From an uncultured Clostridiaceae bacterium (GTDB taxonomy: Bacteria; Bacillota; Clostridia; TANB77; CAG-508), in assembly GCA_905198755.1 (NCBI GenBank), contig CAJKDR010000013.1:1-17884 (forward strand): DNA of 17,884 nucleotides. The letters run 5' to 3'. The first letter of the stretch is position 1. Every line of letters begins with the position of its first letter. Below, piece by piece: positions 16,340 through 17,884 of this stretch. Both the position numbers and the translations under genes were made by a program. The notes under the pieces were generated by a model. It did not search any database and was not told the origin of the DNA. It saw nothing but the letters and a program-made list of their open reading frames with translations.

Positions 16340-17023
16340 TTATATTAATTTTTTGTTTTTTAGAGATTCATATACTACTTTATATACTTTTTCTCCACCT
16401 TCATTGTCTTTGCAACCATCTGTTGTAACTACTATTGCATCTTCTGCCTTTCTAAGTGGACTCACTTCTCTTGTTGAATCTATGTAATCACGATGTTTTA
16501 TACTTTCTAAAACTTCTTCATATGAAGTTTCTATTCCATTTTCTTTGTTTTGTTGTACTCTTCTTTTTGCTCTTTCTTCTGCACTACATTCTAAAAAGAT
16601 TTTCACATCGGCATCTGGAAATACTGTTGTTCCTATATCTCTTCCTTCCATTATTACATTTTTTCCTTTTGCTAATCTTCTTTGTATATGTACCATCTCT
16701 GCTCTTACTTCTTTTATTGCTGCTATTTCTGAAACGTTTGATGTTACTCTTGGAGTTCTAATTTCTACTGATACATCTTCACCATTTAAATAAACATATT
16801 GTTTGTTATTTTCTACTTTTAATTCTACATTCATATTTTTAGTTATATTTTCTATTGTTTCTACATCATCAAAAGATATATTTTTATTAAGTACTTCCAA
16901 AGTAACACATCTATATAATGCTCCTGTGTCTATTGTTACCAATCCTAATTTTTCTGCAACTATTCTTGTTACTGTTCCCTTTCCTGTACCTGATGCTCCA
17001 TCTACTGCTACTACATATCCCAT
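16340..17023 (-). CDS. cmk: (d)CMP kinase
   Basis: 227 aa; VAVDGASGTGKGTVTRIVAEKLG, DTGALYR, GRDIGTTVFPDADVKIFLECSAEERAKRR. Confidence 0.95.
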   Translation of the reverse strand: MGYVVAVDGASGTGKGTVTRIVAEKLGLVTIDTGALYRCVTLEVLNKNISFDDVETIENITKNMNVELKVENNKQYVYLNGEDVSVEIRTPRVTSNVSEIAAIKEVRAEMVHIQRRLAKGKNVIMEGRDIGTTVFPDADVKIFLECSAEERAKRRVQQNKENGIETSYEEVLESIKHRDYIDSTREVSPLRKAEDAIVVTTDGCKDNEGGEKVYKVVYESLKNKKLI

Positions 17024-17026
17024 TTT

Positions 17027-17884
17027 TTATTCCTCCTTATTATCTAATATTTTTATTCCTTTTGCTACTATATTTATTTTTTGAACATTCATTGTAGTTA
17101 ATTTTTCTATCTCTTTTTTAGCTTTTTGTTTAAAGCTTGACAATCCTGTTACTAAATCAAATCCAAATAATACAATCACTTCCATATATATAGATGGTCC
17201 TTCTGGCATATTGTCTACCCTTGTTTTTACTATTTTATATATAAAATCTGTTTTTGATGCCAAATATTCTATTATTTGCCTAAAGACTGTATCTGAAATT
17301 GTAAAATTACCAAGATAGCTAAATGTTGGTCTTATAATTGATTTTTCTGAAATATATGGTTCATTGCCTTTCCCTTTTGATTTAAATATTTGTAATGGAT
17401 CTAATATATATCCAGAAAAGTCTTTTTTTATTTCAAATGTAGGCACTGGAATTACATGCTTTCCTTCTGTTCTTCTTATTCTTTTTGCATCTTCCATTTC
17501 TTCTGGTGTAGCTATTTCTTCTATTCTTATTATCTTTTCCACTTCTGGTAATCCTAGATTTTCTGCTATCTTTTTAACCATATTATCAGAAGTTCCTAAA
17601 ATAAGTATTCCTTCTGGTTTATATTTTTTTATTGCTTTTCTTATTTCTTTTTTTTCCTCTTCTGTTAGGAACAATGCATGCTTTACAGTTTCTATTTTCG
17701 TTGGTGCTTTTTTCGCTGAATTTCCAGCTATAACTTCATTATCTTTTATAAATAAGCCATCATCTATAATGTAATGTATATCATATTCACCAGCAACCAT
17801 TTGTGCTCTATAACTTTTTCCTGTGCCAGATGGGCCAACAAAAGCATACACTTTTATTTTATTGTTGTTGTTTACTAATAACAT
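17027..17884 (-). CDS. P-loop ATPase-like protein with Asp23/Gls24-like C-terminal region, conserved hypothetical
   Basis: 285 aa; Walker A-like FVGPSGTGKSYRAQ; C-terminal PSIYMEVIVLFGFDLVTGLSSFKQKAKKEIEKLTTMNVQKINIVAKGI. The ATG sits exactly at the window edge, so the start is not certain. Confidence 0.7.
   Translation of the reverse strand: MLLVNNNNKIKVYAFVGPSGTGKSYRAQMVAGEYDIHYIIDDGLFIKDNEVIAGNSAKKAPTKIETVKHALFLTEEEKKEIRKAIKKYKPEGILILGTSDNMVKKIAENLGLPEVEKIIRIEEIATPEEMEDAKRIRRTEGKHVIPVPTFEIKKDFSGYILDPLQIFKSKGKGNEPYISEKSIIRPTFSYLGNFTISDTVFRQIIEYLASKTDFIYKIVKTRVDNMPEGPSIYMEVIVLFGFDLVTGLSSFKQKAKKEIEKLTTMNVQKINIVAKGIKILDNKEE

Noticed and set aside
5087-17774. Plus-strand ORFs inside nrdG, nrdD, trhP, the RSH-like gene, trmR, typA, S1, cmk and the P-loop gene (e.g. 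5087..5368, 10896..11315, 14021..14335, 16456..16761, 17364..17774)
   Set aside because: Fully antisense to well-supported conserved genes; no SD or domain support.
1-17884. Dedicated defence island, toxin-antitoxin or prophage system
   Set aside because: No nuclease, integrase, methylase or phage genes recognised; apart from the NrdD-like/surface-protein locus and a few unknown ORFs the genes are housekeeping.

Overview
Low-GC, Clostridia-like chromosomal window; almost every gene lies on the minus strand. From the left edge: (1) a partial surface protein (1..~3026, -) with a prepilin-like N-terminus (KG|ITLLALILTVVIMIILAAVTI), an acidic linker and ~1.12-kb Ig/FN3-like super-repeats; (2) a degenerate class III ribonucleotide reductase paralog (nrdD-like, ~3027..4832, -) absent from the supplied ORF track. 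It has lost the CMGCRSFL catalytic-Cys segment, the N-terminal catalytic Cys and the whole Zn/glycyl-radical C-terminus, carries two compensating 1-nt indels, and reads in frame with no stop into the surface protein; (3) nrdG and an intact nrdD; (4) a divergent Crp/Fnr-type regulator. A GTTGCAATTGCAAC palindrome sits in front of both nrdD and the regulator gene; (5) a DUF368 (PopT-like) membrane protein broken by a 1-nt C-run indel; (6) an unknown 113-aa ORF; (7) a tight minus-strand cluster: U32-family TrhP-like protein, a RelA/SpoT-synthetase-like protein, a TrmR-like O-methyltransferase, a small unknown protein, and typA; (8) S1-domain protein, plsC, cmk, and a P-loop/Asp23-like ATPase. Near-consensus promoters and Rho-independent terminators are visible, including a consensus sigma-A promoter in front of the S1 gene whose predicted transcript begins with a long hairpin. 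Most interesting: the NrdD pseudoenzyme and its in-frame junction with a prepilin-like surface protein, and the paired palindromes of the divergent Crp/Fnr-nrdD region. No CRISPR, tRNA, rRNA or transposase was recognised.
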